Counted from the first letter of the stretch, positions 20,256 to 33,012 are shown. The stretch is 57,047 bases of DNA from Candidatus Planktophila sp. (GCA_044355565.1 JBIKXW010000001.1:1-57047); one strand, 5' to 3'. Translations and numbers: made by a program. The notes: generated from the sequence alone by a model not told the origin.

Positions 20256-20967
20256 AGCTCTTTGCCTTTTTGATTACCGCCTTGAGCATTGGTTCAGTCA
20301 ATTTGCCTGTAAAAGTGTTTTGCTGGCTTGGGTGGTAACTTCCTAAAACCATTCGCTTAATTCCATCAGGTGAAATCCAAGTAAAGCTCTCGCCATGTCC
20401 AAACTTTGGTGTTGGGGTTGAGATCTGTTGATCCATTGCGCGCAGGGCTTTAATCGTCGCACTCCACGCAAAACTGCCAAGGGCAAGAAAGACCCGTGCC
20501 GTGGGCATCAAGAGTTCAATTTCATTTGTTAGGTAATCAGAGCATTCCACTTTTTCCTCGGTTGAAGGCTTGTTATCTGGTGGTGCGCACCGAACCGCGC
20601 AGGTTATTCGAGTATCAATGAGTGTTTGACCATCATTTGCTGAGGTGCTGGTCGGAATAGTTGCCAGACCATTTTTGTGGAGCGCCTTATAGAGCCAATC
20701 ACCAGATGAGTCCCCAGTAAAGATTCGGCCTGTTCTGTTTGCACCGTGCGCACCTGGTGCTAACCCAACGATAATTACTCGCGCATTATCTGGTCCAAAT
20801 CCTGGAACTGGTTTTCCCCAATACTTTTCATTTTCATAGGACTTACGCTTTACAACAGCGACCTCTTCACGCCATTGGACTAAACGTGGGCAACGCCGAC
20901 AAGCAACGATCTTTTGATCAAGAAGCTTTAGAGACTTACTTGCGGGCAAGGGAATATGCCATTCCAT
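20248..20967 (-). CDS. udgB: Family 5 uracil-DNA glycosylase (Fe-S)
   Basis: CRRCPRL, GLAPGAHGANRTGRIFTGD, RCAPPDNKP and YHPSQQN motifs; exact start uncertain. Confidence 0.9.
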   Translation of the reverse strand: MEWHIPLPASKSLKLLDQKIVACRRCPRLVQWREEVAVVKRKSYENEKYWGKPVPGFGPDNARVIIVGLAPGAHGANRTGRIFTGDSSGDWLYKALHKNGLATIPTSTSANDGQTLIDTRITCAVRCAPPDNKPSTEEKVECSDYLTNEIELLMPTARVFLALGSFAWSATIKALRAMDQQISTPTPKFGHGESFTWISPDGIKRMVLGSYHPSQQNTFTGKLTEPMLKAVIKKAKSFK

Positions 20968-21850
20968 CCAAAATATCTGACTCGGAGGCTACAAATTCAT
21001 CTGCTCCGGTGGCCTTCATAATCTCTGAAAGAACAAGTGAGCCTGCTGCAATGACGTCGACTCGGCCTGGGTGCATATACCCCAATAGCAATCGTTGTTC
21101 GCGGGTATTAGCTGCAAACATTGTTGCCGCCTCATGAACCTGCTGCGCTGATATGTGGGCTAGGTGAATCGCATATCGATCATATTCGGGAAGATCGAGT
21201 GCAGCGGCTGCAACTGTCGTCGCTGTTCCTGCAACCGCCACCAAAGTTTTTGCCTTTGTAATAGGAACAACCGCCGCCGCTTCTGCGATCGCAGTTTGAA
21301 TATCGGTGCGTGCTAACTCAATCTGTTGAGCTGTAGCAGGGTCTGAAGATATGTGCCGCTCAGTCATGCGAACACATCCGATGTTGACGCTGCGAGCTGC
21401 TTCAACGGTTGATGTTCCGAAAACGAACTCAGTCGATCCTCCCCCGATATCAACTACCAAGAAAGGACCATTGCTTGGATCTAAATCTTTAATTGCGCCA
21501 GCAAAAGAGAGCGCTGCTTCTTCATCACCTGAAATCACTTCAGGCTCGATTCCTAAACGCTCACGAACTCCATCTACAAACAGGTGGCGATTAGTTGCAT
21601 CCCGCGTGGCGCTTGTGGCACAGAAACGAATTCTTTCAACACCGCGTTTTGCAATCTCGGTAGCGAATTTATCGACCGCGGTAAGTGTTCTGGCAATTGC
21701 ATCGGGGTGAAACTGTCCTGTTTCATCAACGCCTTGTCCTAAGCGAACAATCTCCATATCGCGCACAACTTCACGAAAGTTGTTGCCATCGATATCGGCA
21801 ATCAGTAAACGTATCGAATTAGTTCCGCAATCAATCGCCGCTACTCGCAT
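20936..21850 (-). CDS. ppx: Ppx/GppA-family exopolyphosphatase
   Basis: AAIDCGTNSIRL, ATSATRDA, DIGGGSTE and GRVDVI motifs; eno-divIC-DUF501-ppx synteny. Confidence 0.92.
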   Translation of the reverse strand: MRVAAIDCGTNSIRLLIADIDGNNFREVVRDMEIVRLGQGVDETGQFHPDAIARTLTAVDKFATEIAKRGVERIRFCATSATRDATNRHLFVDGVRERLGIEPEVISGDEEAALSFAGAIKDLDPSNGPFLVVDIGGGSTEFVFGTSTVEAARSVNIGCVRMTERHISSDPATAQQIELARTDIQTAIAEAAAVVPITKAKTLVAVAGTATTVAAAALDLPEYDRYAIHLAHISAQQVHEAATMFAANTREQRLLLGYMHPGRVDVIAAGSLVLSEIMKATGADEFVASESDILDGMAYSLARK

Positions 21851-22329
21851 GGGTTGTTCTTCCACCATTCAGGAAGTCTTGCCAGAGCTTCATCACCTAA
21901 TGGGTTTACATCAGGACCTGCAGATAATGAATGGGCGACAAGTGAATGAAGGCACTTCACCCGCGTTGGCATTCCACCTGCTGAAACATTGTCGACCTCA
22001 GGAACATCTACCCCCAGCGCCGATCGTGCTGCGATGTAATCATCATGTGCTGCGCGGTATGCACCAGCTAATTCTGGATCACTTTCTAGGCGCTCATTCA
22101 TCTCACCCATCAACCCTGTTGTTTCAAGGGTTGAAATAACCGCGGTTAAGCGAGGGCAGGTTGCATAGTAGAAGGTAGGAAATGGTGTTCCATCTTCAAG
22201 CCGGGGTGGAGTTTCAACAACAGCAGGCTTTCCACATGGACAGCGATATGCAATTGCATGCACATCACGAGGTGTTCGACCCAATTGAGTTTGAATGCAA
22301 TCAAGATCGGCTTGTGTTACCTCACGCAT
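21841..22329 (-). CDS. DUF501 protein
   Basis: QLGR, GTPFPTFYY.TCP and GGMPTRVKCLH motifs. Confidence 0.92.
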   Translation of the reverse strand: MREVTQADLDCIQTQLGRTPRDVHAIAYRCPCGKPAVVETPPRLEDGTPFPTFYYATCPRLTAVISTLETTGLMGEMNERLESDPELAGAYRAAHDDYIAARSALGVDVPEVDNVSAGGMPTRVKCLHSLVAHSLSAGPDVNPLGDEALARLPEWWKNNPCE

Positions 22330-22730
22330 TAATTGCCGGTTTCACTGATTGATGCGATTAAGCGGGAATACCAAGGCTGTCCATCTGCTAGTGAGCTAGC
22401 GACCTTTGTGGTGCTGTTTTGCCCAGCCTGTGTTTCGCCCTCTGTAACGATGTACTGACGCTCACCTGGAAGAACAAAGTGAAGACGTTCGCGTGCTTGT
22501 GACTTCACATACTCTGGATCTTGCCACAGCGTTAACTCTTGCCGTGCTTTCTCAAGCGCAGAGTTATCTGCAGATAGTTGTGCCTTCAATGCGCTGATTT
22601 GTGCACGTTGTGTGAAGTAGTGCTTCACGGGTGGTGCGATTGTTAAAGCAAGCACAAAGAAGATTGCAGATAAAGCTAAAACGCGATTAGAGGTACGGCG
22701 ACGACCAAAGCGAAGTTGTCGACGTGCCAT
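22329..22730 (-). CDS. divIC: Septum formation initiator (DivIC/FtsB family)
   Basis: One TM helix, a coiled coil and DPEYVKSQARERL..VLPGE; downstream of eno. Confidence 0.88.
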   Translation of the reverse strand: MARRQLRFGRRRTSNRVLALSAIFFVLALTIAPPVKHYFTQRAQISALKAQLSADNSALEKARQELTLWQDPEYVKSQARERLHFVLPGERQYIVTEGETQAGQNSTTKVASSLADGQPWYSRLIASISETGN

Positions 22731-22739
22731 GGCTAATTC

Positions 22740-24053
<1,314 letters not shown>

Positions 24054-24128
24054 TTAATCTGTTGCCGACCTCAACACTGAAATGGCAAGTACTTCAATGC
24101 GGTAAGTCTACCGCGAAGCTACAAAAGA

Positions 24129-24767
24129 CTAGGCGGGCCCAATCTCTTGGCTAATCCGCATGGCCTCCTTGCGTAACGCCGCCTCTGCATCAACTCCATT
24201 GGAGTGTGCCCAAGCGATGACCGCTAAAAGGGCTTGCCCTACTGCGCTTTCATCAGCCACCCCATCGATAGAAACTGAGTCAGGGGTGGTTACTTCAACA
24301 TTGTATTTTTCTGCGCGATACAACAGTTTTTCCACCAATGGAAGCGCTGGCTGAGACATGGCCACCCCATCTAGTGGAGAGGTGCGGCCCTTCTCCTTTT
24401 TCTTTATCTCCTCCCAATTTTCAAGAACTTCTTGAGAGTCGCGAACCTCTACACCTTCAAAAACATGTGGATGTCTGCGAATCAGCTTGTCAGCAATTCC
24501 TCGTGCAACATCTTCGATTGAAAATGGATCGGTGAGATGCTCTTGAGCCATTCGTGCATGGAAATAAACCTGCAAAAGGACATCGCCAAGCTCTTCCCGC
24601 ATATCGACGCGGTTTCCTGCTTGAACCGCATCAACAAATTCATAGGACTCTTCTAATAAATACTTCAATAGAGATTCATGAGTTTGTTCAGCATCCCACG
24701 GGCATCCACCAGGGGAACGCAAGGTATCCATGACTTCAACGAGTCGTTGAAGTTGAGAGCCTTGCAT
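24129..24767 (-). CDS. mazG: MazG-family nucleoside triphosphate pyrophosphohydrolase
   Basis: GGCPWDAEQTHESL, EELGDVLLQV and KLIRRHPHVF motifs. Confidence 0.93.
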   Translation of the reverse strand: MQGSQLQRLVEVMDTLRSPGGCPWDAEQTHESLLKYLLEESYEFVDAVQAGNRVDMREELGDVLLQVYFHARMAQEHLTDPFSIEDVARGIADKLIRRHPHVFEGVEVRDSQEVLENWEEIKKKEKGRTSPLDGVAMSQPALPLVEKLLYRAEKYNVEVTTPDSVSIDGVADESAVGQALLAVIAWAHSNGVDAEAALRKEAMRISQEIGPA

Positions 24768-24778
24768 AGTATTTAGTA

Positions 24779-25384
24779 CTAGTTGCCGGATGGTGTAACC
24801 GCTGATTCGGCAGAATCAGCAGGAATGACATCAGCATTAGTTGGATCCCACTTGCCGTAGCGAGGATTAACAGTTACGCCAATCTCACTCGCCTTTGCGA
24901 TTACAAGCTTTTGAATTTCAACACCAATCTGATCTTCAGTAACACCAGCAGCAACTAACTTCTGACTAATTTTGTCTGAGTAAGAAATTACTTCGATGTA
25001 CTCATCTAGATCTTCTGGAGCAATTCCTGCACTCACTAATGCTGAAGGTAGTGACTCGTCGCCACCGACTTGATCAACAATGCTTGCACGACGTGTATCA
25101 ATCTCAGCCTTGGTTACTGTGATCTCAAGTTCTTTTCCAAGTTCAATAAACAAGGTTCGCAAGAGGTGGAAACGAAGTTGAGAAACATTTAACGATGCGC
25201 CAGTTTCTAGCTGCATCTGGGAGGTATCAACCTTTGCGCGCTCTTCGAGAATCGCATCGACGCTTCCTTGAACGGTAGCTTGGGTGATCTTGATATCGCC
25301 CACCGTTGCAGCTGCACCAACCTGGGAACATCCAGCCAATAGAAGAGTTGCTACTACTGCCGCAATTGTCAGGATCTTCTTCAT
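24779..25384 (-). CDS. Lipoprotein with SurA N-terminal-like domain
   Basis: Lipobox LLAGC; GAAATVG..I; VNPRYGKWD; usual position between mfd and mazG. Confidence 0.8.
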   Translation of the reverse strand: MKKILTIAAVVATLLLAGCSQVGAAATVGDIKITQATVQGSVDAILEERAKVDTSQMQLETGASLNVSQLRFHLLRTLFIELGKELEITVTKAEIDTRRASIVDQVGGDESLPSALVSAGIAPEDLDEYIEVISYSDKISQKLVAAGVTEDQIGVEIQKLVIAKASEIGVTVNPRYGKWDPTNADVIPADSAESAVTPSGN

Positions 25385-28300
25385 TCTGTACTCGCTTTCG
25401 GTGCATCGCTCAATTGATGAAGGGCCTCAACGACCCAGGCCAGGAGAGAAGTATCCACTATTTCAGGCGCATTCTGGGACGGATTCCAAGAGGCGGCCTT
25501 CGGAAGGGCGACTAAAGCGGTGCTTACCGCACCTTTATAGAGCGATCCTGGGTACAAACGTGTCAAACGTAACTGTCGCGATTCAGGGAGAAGTAATGGG
25601 GCAAGACGAAGGAACTTTCCTTGCACGACAACTTCAGTCAACCGCGCAGCCTTTGCTTGCGCTCGTAATGCAGCAACACCCAAGAGAGCCTTTGCCTCTT
25701 CCGGTAGATCTCCGAATCGATCAATTAACTCTGATTCGATTGACTCAACATCACTTGGTGCCTTTACATCTGCAAGACGCCTATAGAGATCTAAACGCAG
25801 TCTTTCTCCAGGAACGTAATCAGAAGATAGGTGCGCATTGATAGGAAGTTCTACCTTGCACTCAGAAATCTTTTCCTCGGTTTCGATGATTCCAGATTTG
25901 TACTCTTGAACCGCTTCTCCAACCATTCTCATATACAAATCAAATCCAACATCTGCAATATGTCCAGACTGTTCTCCGCCGAGCAAGTTACCTGCTCCGC
26001 GAATTTCAAGATCCTTAAGTGCAACCCTCATACCTGAACCTAAGTCAGTATTTGTCGCAATGGTTTTTAAACGTTCATGAGCTAGCTCAGAAAGAGGTTC
26101 GTCATTCGAGTAGAGAAAGTACGCATATGCTCGTTCTCGCCCACGACCTACGCGACCACGTAGCTGATGAAGCTGTGATAATCCAAAACGATCTGCTCGT
26201 TCAACTATCAAGGTATTTGCATTTTGAATGTCTAATCCGCTTTCAACAATTGTTGTACACACCAATACATCAAAATCACGGTTCCAAAAAGCCAAAATTA
26301 CATCTTCGAGTTCGCCTTCTGACATCTGGCCATGGGCTGTGCGAATTCTTGCTTCAGGAACTAGCTCCTTTAACCGTATGGCTGTTTTATCAATTGTGTC
26401 TACGCGGTTGTGCAGATAAAAAATCTGACCATCACGCAGTAATTCTCGATGTATCGCTGCGGTTATCTGCGCCTCTTCTGCTGGACCAACATAGGTAAGG
26501 ATGGGGTGGCGCTCTTCAGGGGGCGTTGTAATGGTCGACATCTCACGAATTCCAGTAACAGCCATCTCTAATGTGCGTGGAATCGGGGTCGCCGACATGG
26601 CCAGAACATCCACCGTTGTACGTAGCTTCTTCAATGACTCTTTTTGCTCGACACCAAATCGTTGCTCCTCATCAACAACGACTAAGCCAAGATCCTTGAA
26701 TTGAACATCGTTCGACAATAATCGATGGGTACCAATGACAACATCTACAGTTCCGGCAGCTAACTGCTCGAGAATCTCTTTGCTTTCCTTGGCTGAATTA
26801 AAACGTGAAAGACCTGCAACTTTCAGTGGAAAGCCTGCATACCGTTCTGCAAAAGTTTTTGAATGTTGTTGCACCAAAAGCGTTGTAGGAACCAACACAG
26901 CAACCTGTTTTCCATCTTGTACAGCTTTAAAGGCTGCACGAATCGCAATCTCTGTTTTTCCATAACCCACATCGCCGCAAATGATTCGATCCATTGGGTA
27001 TGGGCGTTCCATATCTTGCTTAACATCATTGATTGTTGAAAGTTGATCAGGGGTTTCTATATATGAAAAAGAGTCTTCCAGCTCGCGCTGCCAAGGAGTA
27101 TCTGGTGAAAATGCAAAACCTGGTGAACTAGTACGGGCGGCATATAAGCGAATGAGCTCTCCTGCAATTTGTCGAACCGCTTTACGGGCACGCCCCTTTG
27201 CCTTTTGCCATTCACCACTGCCGATTCTGTGAACGATAGGTGTTTCTCCGCCGACATATTTAGAAACTTGTTCAAGTGCATCAGTTGGAACAAAAACTCT
27301 GTCGCCTGGTTGACCACGTTTTGCTGGAGCGTATTCAATAATTAAGTACTCACGTGTTACACCTGCAACTGTGCGCTCTAATAACTCAATGTAACGACCA
27401 ATTCCGTGTTGTTCGTGCACCACATAATCGCCGGCAGTTAGTTCTAGGGGATCAATAGCTTGCTTGCGCTTTGAAGGTAATCGTTCACCATCTTTAACGC
27501 TTCCCTTGCTTCCAGTTAAATCTCGTTCAGTCATGAAGAAGATGAGATCGGTGGCGCTTTCAAAACCATGAGCGATAACGGAGGTAGTTAGGTGAATGCT
27601 TCCTTTTGTAGGGGTTGCAGAGAGTTTTTCAGTGATGTAAACGGGCAGATCCGCGCCACGCAGAATTCCTGCATACCGTTCCAGCATTCCATGGCCATGC
27701 GTTGCAAAAACAACGGTGCGGTGTTCTTCTAGCGCTTGACGCAAAGTTTGTATCGCCCGATCAACATCTCCACGCATTGGATCGATCGCTGCATATTCCA
27801 AGAAAGTTGTTTCGGGATCTAAATCAGTTCCAAAAGGGCTGAGCTCTTTTGTGCTCATCTGTGCCTTCGAGATTTCTTCAAAGAGCTCTTCCCAGGCCAT
27901 GTAGGTACCGGCACCATCATGCAACGGTGCTACTCCACCAAGTGCAGCGTTGGACCATGAGGCGTTCAGGAACTCTTCATTTGTAGCGAGCAAATCTGCC
28001 GCACGAGATTTAATCCGTTGTTCATCGATAAACACAATCTGAGTCCCAGCAGGCATTCGCGAGATCAAGCTCTCAGTCTGATCGATCAACAATGGAATCA
28101 AGGACTCCATGCCTTCAAATGTCATTCCCTCAGCAATCTTGCCCAGCATTTCCGCTGCCGCTGGATACTGATCAGCGATTTCAATCGCACGATGCTTTAT
28201 TTCAGGTGTGAGCAATAGCTCGCGGCAGGGATAAATCTCAATCGCACCAACAACTGGCTTAAAGGTACGTTGATCTGAAACCTCAAAGTAACTCAAATCT

Positions 28301-28854
28301 TCAATTTCATCACCAAAGAAATCAATACGAATCGGATGATGGCTAAGCGGTAGGAATAGATCAACAATTCCACCACGGACGGCAAACTCACCACGTCTTT
28401 CAACTAAATCTGTTCGGGTATATGCCAGCGAGGACAGGTGGCGAACAAGTTGATCAAGTGATTGTTCTTTGCCAATTTCTAATTGAAGTAGAGGCAATTT
28501 GCCTAGCTGACTAATGATTCGATGAATCGCTCCGCGGACTGGTGTGACGACTATGGGATTTATTGTGTGTTCTTGTTGGAGTCCATACAGGGTTTGAATT
28601 CTTCGTGCCACGGTATCGCTGCGGGGGCTTAAGCGTTCGTGGGGCAATGTTTCCCACGCTGGGAACTCAAGAACATTGTCATGGAGCTCTCGTAACTCAT
28701 TTACAAAATCTTCAGAGCTGCGACTTGAGCTAGTAACCACCAATAGTGGGTGAGAGGTTGCTCGGGCCGCTAGTAGAAAGGGATATAGGGATTGCGGCGC
28801 CACAATATGAGATGCATCGGAATTAAGTGGCAAGGCTGGAATTAATCCGCGCAT
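25381..28854 (-). CDS. mfd: Transcription-repair coupling factor
   Basis: [36 protein letters not shown] and QLRGRVGR motifs; C-terminal TRCF domain. Confidence 0.97.
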   Translation of the reverse strand: MRGLIPALPLNSDASHIVAPQSLYPFLLAARATSHPLLVVTSSSRSSEDFVNELRELHDNVLEFPAWETLPHERLSPRSDTVARRIQTLYGLQQEHTINPIVVTPVRGAIHRIISQLGKLPLLQLEIGKEQSLDQLVRHLSSLAYTRTDLVERRGEFAVRGGIVDLFLPLSHHPIRIDFFGDEIEDLSYFEVSDQRTFKPVVGAIEIYPCRELLLTPEIKHRAIEIADQYPAAAEMLGKIAEGMTFEGMESLIPLLIDQTESLISRMPAGTQIVFIDEQRIKSRAADLLATNEEFLNASWSNAALGGVAPLHDGAGTYMAWEELFEEISKAQMSTKELSPFGTDLDPETTFLEYAAIDPMRGDVDRAIQTLRQALEEHRTVVFATHGHGMLERYAGILRGADLPVYITEKLSATPTKGSIHLTTSVIAHGFESATDLIFFMTERDLTGSKGSVKDGERLPSKRKQAIDPLELTAGDYVVHEQHGIGRYIELLERTVAGVTREYLIIEYAPAKRGQPGDRVFVPTDALEQVSKYVGGETPIVHRIGSGEWQKAKGRARKAVRQIAGELIRLYAARTSSPGFAFSPDTPWQRELEDSFSYIETPDQLSTINDVKQDMERPYPMDRIICGDVGYGKTEIAIRAAFKAVQDGKQVAVLVPTTLLVQQHSKTFAERYAGFPLKVAGLSRFNSAKESKEILEQLAAGTVDVVIGTHRLLSNDVQFKDLGLVVVDEEQRFGVEQKESLKKLRTTVDVLAMSATPIPRTLEMAVTGIREMSTITTPPEERHPILTYVGPAEEAQITAAIHRELLRDGQIFYLHNRVDTIDKTAIRLKELVPEARIRTAHGQMSEGELEDVILAFWNRDFDVLVCTTIVESGLDIQNANTLIVERADRFGLSQLHQLRGRVGRGRERAYAYFLYSNDEPLSELAHERLKTIATNTDLGSGMRVALKDLEIRGAGNLLGGEQSGHIADVGFDLYMRMVGEAVQEYKSGIIETEEKISECKVELPINAHLSSDYVPGERLRLDLYRRLADVKAPSDVESIESELIDRFGDLPEEAKALLGVAALRAQAKAARLTEVVVQGKFLRLAPLLLPESRQLRLTRLYPGSLYKGAVSTALVALPKAASWNPSQNAPEIVDTSLLAWVVEALHQLSDAPKASTE

Positions 28855-28958
28855 AATTACTCTCCAATGCAGTTAGGCCCCAACTCCAAAGGAGGGGGGC
28901 TTGAATGTGCTCAGTCTAATTAGTTTTATCAAACAGTGTTACCTGAGAGGATTGCCTC

Positions 28959-31667
28959 ATGAGCCAGAGCCCGATCGCTGCAGATGATGCAGCCCTTCGC
29001 AGCGATGTGCGCCGACTCGGAGATCTATTAGGTCAGACCCTTGTTCGACAAGAGGGTCCAGAACTTTTGGCCCTTGTCGAAGAGGTTCGCAAAGCTGTTC
29101 GCGAAGGTAGCGGTGCAGAAATTCTGGCTCAACTTTCAGTTGAAGACTCTGTTCAACTTGTACGTGCATTTAGTACATATTTTCATCTAGCTAATGTTGC
29201 AGAACAAGTTCACCGTGCTCGAGTTCTTGCCCAAGCACGCGTCACTGGTGGTTCATGGTTGGCTCGTGCGGTTGATCGCATTGATGAAGCGCTAAAAGCG
29301 CAAACACCAGGTCATGAGTTAACCAAAGAAGAGATTACCGAATGGGTCGGTGCAATGTCCGTGCGTCCTGTTTTTACCGCTCACCCAACTGAAGCGGCAC
29401 GCAGATCGGTTTTAAACAAGTTAGGCAGCATCGCAGATCTTCTTGATGATCCACGAAATCCATCTCAGCAAGATCGCCTTGCAGAAACAATTGATCTTTT
29501 GTGGCAAACCGATGAACTTCGATTAGGACGACCCGAACCTTTAGATGAAGCTCTTAACGCTTTGTATTACTTAGATGATTTGTTCACTCAAACTGTTCCT
29601 GAAGTTCTCAATGACTTTGCTAAAGAGATGAAGCGAATCGATGTAGAGGTTCCAATAACAGCTAGACCACTGTCATTTGGAAACTGGATCGGCGGAGATC
29701 GTGATGGAAATCCAAATATCACTGCTGAGGTCACAACTGATGCGATGGAGCTTCAGGTTTCCCATGCAATCCGAGTAACTATTGCGGCCATGAACGCTCT
29801 GCGCCAAATGTTGTCTGTTTCTACCAAGATTGTTGGCGCTACCCCAGAGTTGTCTGCCTCAGTTGAAAAGGATTTAAAGCACATCCCCGAGTTTGAACCA
29901 CGTTTCCTGCGTCTTAACGCTGAAGAGCCGTACCGTTTGAAAGCTACCGCGATTGTTCACCGCTTAGCATTTACTCGCGACCGCCATGCAAAGAGCGCTC
30001 CACATGTTCCTCACCGCGATTATGCAAGCACGGCAGAGCTTTTGGATGATTTGCTCTTAATGCGTGATTCGCTTCTGGCTCACCGCGGTGAACTCATTGC
30101 AACAGGCCTACTTGAGCGCACAATTCGAACGATTGCGGCATTTGGAATAAACCATGCAACTATGGATGTTCGTGAACATTCAGATGCTCATCACAATGTT
30201 CTAAAACAGCTTACTGGTGTTGATGGGTATCTCGAAAAATCACATGATGAAAAGTTTGAATTTCTTACCCAAATTCTCGCTGACGATATGCGCTTTGATA
30301 CCTCAAAACTTGAAGCTCTCGGCAAGAAAACAGTTGATACCTTTGTTGCAATAAATGATTTGATTGATCGTTTTGGCCCTGAAGCAATTGAGACCTACAT
30401 CGTTTCAATGACAAAGGGTGCCGATGATTTAATAGCGGCGGTTGTAATCGCACAGCAAGCAGGGCTGGTCTCACTTAAAGAGAAGAAGGCACGCATTGGT
30501 TTTGCTCCACTGTTGGAAACCGTTGCTGAGCTTCGTGCAGCGGGAGAGATTCTCGAAAAACTCTTAAGCAATCCTGCCTACCGTTCCATCGTCGAACTTC
30601 GTGGCGATCTTCAAGAAGTTATGTTGGGTTACTCGGATTCAAATAAAGATGCCGGAATAGCAACTAGCCAATGGGAGATTCATAGAGCGCAGCGTTCATT
30701 GCGCGATGTTGCATTGAAGCATGGCGTAAAGCTGAGTTTGTTCCATGGTCGTGGTGGATCTGTTGGTCGCGGTGGCGGCCCAACATATGATGCGTTGATC
30801 GCACTGCCATGGGGTTCGGTTGATGGTCACATCAAAATGACAGAGCAAGGTGAGGTAATCAGCGATAAGTACGCATTGCCATCACTTGCTCGAGAAAATG
30901 TTGAGTTAACCCTGGCTGCATCCCTTGAGGCAACTGTTCTTAACCGCGGGCCTCGCCAAAGCAAAGATGAGCTTGCTGCCTGGGGCGATTGCATGCAGCT
31001 AGTTAGCGACTCCTCCTTTAAGCGTTATCGTGCTTTGATACAGCAGCCAGATCTGCCGGCGTACTTTTACACATCAACTCCTGTTGAGCAGCTTGGTGAA
31101 CTCTTCTTGGGATCACGCCCTTCTAGACGACCAGATGCAGCGGGTGGACTGGAATCGCTGCGCGCAATTCCATGGGTTTTTGGTTGGACTCAATCACGTC
31201 AAATTGTTCCAGGTTGGTTTGGCGTTGGTTCAGGCCTTAAGGCTGCGCGCGAAGCAGGGCATTCTGTTCTATTAACTGAGATGCTCAACGAATGGCACTT
31301 CTTCACAACCTTTATAAGTAATGTTGAAATGACATTGGCTAAGACTGATCTGGCTCTTGCAAAGCGATATGTTGAAACATTAGTTCCTGCTGAGCTGCAT
31401 CATTTCCTAGATGAGATTCAGGAAGAGTTTGATTTAACTGTTTCCGAGATTCTGGCGCTGACTAATAAGACCAGCCTGTTGGGTGATCAAGAGATTTTGG
31501 CACGCACCTTGCAGGTGCGTGATGCTTATCTTTCACCGATTCACTTGTTGCAGATCAACTTGTTGAAGCGTGTACGAGATGCAGGAGATGCAGCAGATCC
31601 TGTTTTGCGTCGTGCTTTGTTGCTAACAATCAATGGAGTGGCGGCAGGCCTACGCAATACCGGATGA
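28959..31667 (+). CDS. ppc: Phosphoenolpyruvate carboxylase
   Basis: VFTAHPTE, GGDRDGNP, MLGYSDSNKD, FHGRGGSVGRGG, LRAIPW and GLRNTG motifs. Confidence 0.97.
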   Translation: MSQSPIAADDAALRSDVRRLGDLLGQTLVRQEGPELLALVEEVRKAVREGSGAEILAQLSVEDSVQLVRAFSTYFHLANVAEQVHRARVLAQARVTGGSWLARAVDRIDEALKAQTPGHELTKEEITEWVGAMSVRPVFTAHPTEAARRSVLNKLGSIADLLDDPRNPSQQDRLAETIDLLWQTDELRLGRPEPLDEALNALYYLDDLFTQTVPEVLNDFAKEMKRIDVEVPITARPLSFGNWIGGDRDGNPNITAEVTTDAMELQVSHAIRVTIAAMNALRQMLSVSTKIVGATPELSASVEKDLKHIPEFEPRFLRLNAEEPYRLKATAIVHRLAFTRDRHAKSAPHVPHRDYASTAELLDDLLLMRDSLLAHRGELIATGLLERTIRTIAAFGINHATMDVREHSDAHHNVLKQLTGVDGYLEKSHDEKFEFLTQILADDMRFDTSKLEALGKKTVDTFVAINDLIDRFGPEAIETYIVSMTKGADDLIAAVVIAQQAGLVSLKEKKARIGFAPLLETVAELRAAGEILEKLLSNPAYRSIVELRGDLQEVMLGYSDSNKDAGIATSQWEIHRAQRSLRDVALKHGVKLSLFHGRGGSVGRGGGPTYDALIALPWGSVDGHIKMTEQGEVISDKYALPSLARENVELTLAASLEATVLNRGPRQSKDELAAWGDCMQLVSDSSFKRYRALIQQPDLPAYFYTSTPVEQLGELFLGSRPSRRPDAAGGLESLRAIPWVFGWTQSRQIVPGWFGVGSGLKAAREAGHSVLLTEMLNEWHFFTTFISNVEMTLAKTDLALAKRYVETLVPAELHHFLDEIQEEFDLTVSEILALTNKTSLLGDQEILARTLQVRDAYLSPIHLLQINLLKRVRDAGDAADPVLRRALLLTINGVAAGLRNTG

Positions 31668-31668
31668 T

Positions 31669-32244
31669 TTAACTATTAAAGGTCGATTGCGTAACTTCTA
31701 AACCTTTGGTGATTAGTGATTCAACAACATCAGCCCCGCGAACAATGAATTCAGATAGATCCTTTTGTTCAACCTTTGAAAAAGCCTTTAGGACAAAATC
31801 TGCAGGATCTTGTTGACCCATAGGTCGGCCTATACCTAAGCGAACTCGATAGTAATCAGGAGCACCAAAGGCCGATGTCATTGATTTAAGCCCGTTATGG
31901 CCGTTATCTCCCCCGGCAAACTTTGTTCTAATTGCTGCAAAGGGAATATCTAACTCATCATGCAAAGCAATAATTTTTGCTGGCTCTACTGAATAAAAGT
32001 TTGCTAGGGCTTTTACTGGGCCACCAGTCTCATTCATGTAGCTCTTTGATTTTCCGATTATCACCGAGTGAGCATCAACGCCCAGGCCTAGCTTGAAGGC
32101 TGCGATATCTGTGCGGGATTTGTGTGAAGAAAACTTTACTGAGTGGCGTCGAGCGAGTTCATCGATCACCATTTGGCCGATGTTATGACGGGTGGCAGCG
32201 TATTGATCTCCTGGATTACCCAGTCCCACTACCAACCACGTCAT
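31669..32244 (-). CDS. pth: Peptidyl-tRNA hydrolase
   Basis: VGLGNPG, TRHNIG, HDELD and GHNGLKS motifs. Confidence 0.97.
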   Translation of the reverse strand: MTWLVVGLGNPGDQYAATRHNIGQMVIDELARRHSVKFSSHKSRTDIAAFKLGLGVDAHSVIIGKSKSYMNETGGPVKALANFYSVEPAKIIALHDELDIPFAAIRTKFAGGDNGHNGLKSMTSAFGAPDYYRVRLGIGRPMGQQDPADFVLKAFSKVEQKDLSEFIVRGADVVESLITKGLEVTQSTFNS

Positions 32245-32283
32245 AACAACAAAGCCTAAGGGTTAAGCCTTACTTTCTATTGC

Positions 32284-32886
32284 TTATTCAGCTGCTGGCG
32301 CAGCTGGTGCATCCGCTGCTGGTGCCGCTGCTGTGTCTTCAGCTGCTGCAGTTGACTTCTCTGACAAGTGAACGACGATCATCTTTGGATCTGAATCGAG
32401 TTCAACACCTGCTGGAAGCTTTACATCAGCTGCGTACTTTGAAGTACCTGATGCAAGACCTTGAATATCTAGCTCTAGGAAGTTAGGAATAGATGATGCA
32501 TCCACGCGAACTTCGATTGTGTTGTGAACATGCTCGAGAATTCCATCACGATCGTGCTCGCCCACAGTGTGTACAGGAACCGCCACAACAACCTTCTCAC
32601 CACGACGAACTAGAACTAGGTCGATGTGCTCAAGGATCTGCTTGAGGGGATCGCGAACGATCACCTTTGGAAGTGTTAGCTCGCTCTTGCCATCAATTGT
32701 GATGTCGAGAAGAACGTTTGACTGCTTCAGTGCAACGCCGATCTCTTTAGCGTTAAGGGTGATGTGAAGAGGCTTCTCACCGTGACCATAGATAACTGCA
32801 GGAACTAAACCATCGCGACGTGCACGACGTGATGCGCCCTTACCAAATTCAGTACGAGTGGTTCCGACGATCTTTACTTCTGCCAT
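32284..32886 (-). CDS. rplY: 50S ribosomal protein bL25/Ctc
   Basis: FGKGASRRARRDG.VPAVIYGHG and HIDL motifs; Ctc C-terminal domain; prs-rplY-pth synteny. Confidence 0.96.
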   Translation of the reverse strand: MAEVKIVGTTRTEFGKGASRRARRDGLVPAVIYGHGEKPLHITLNAKEIGVALKQSNVLLDITIDGKSELTLPKVIVRDPLKQILEHIDLVLVRRGEKVVVAVPVHTVGEHDRDGILEHVHNTIEVRVDASSIPNFLELDIQGLASGTSKYAADVKLPAGVELDSDPKMIVVHLSEKSTAAAEDTAAAPAADAPAAPAAE

Positions 32887-32981
32887 GAAAAAACTCCTGT
32901 CGATTAGATCTGACAGGAGTTAGACACCTTGCCGTCGATAACGGTTCCGATTGAAACCCTCGCCAGAATGGTTGAAGTCTA
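32887..32981 (-). promoter_or_regulatory. rplY promoter and structured leader with SD-sequestering hairpin
   Basis: -10 TAGACT at 32976-32981; perfect 10-bp stem 32892-32901 / 32912-32921 containing AGGAG. Confidence 0.6.
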
Positions 32982-33012
32982 TGAGATTAGGGAGAAAGCG
33001 CCAAATCCCCGC

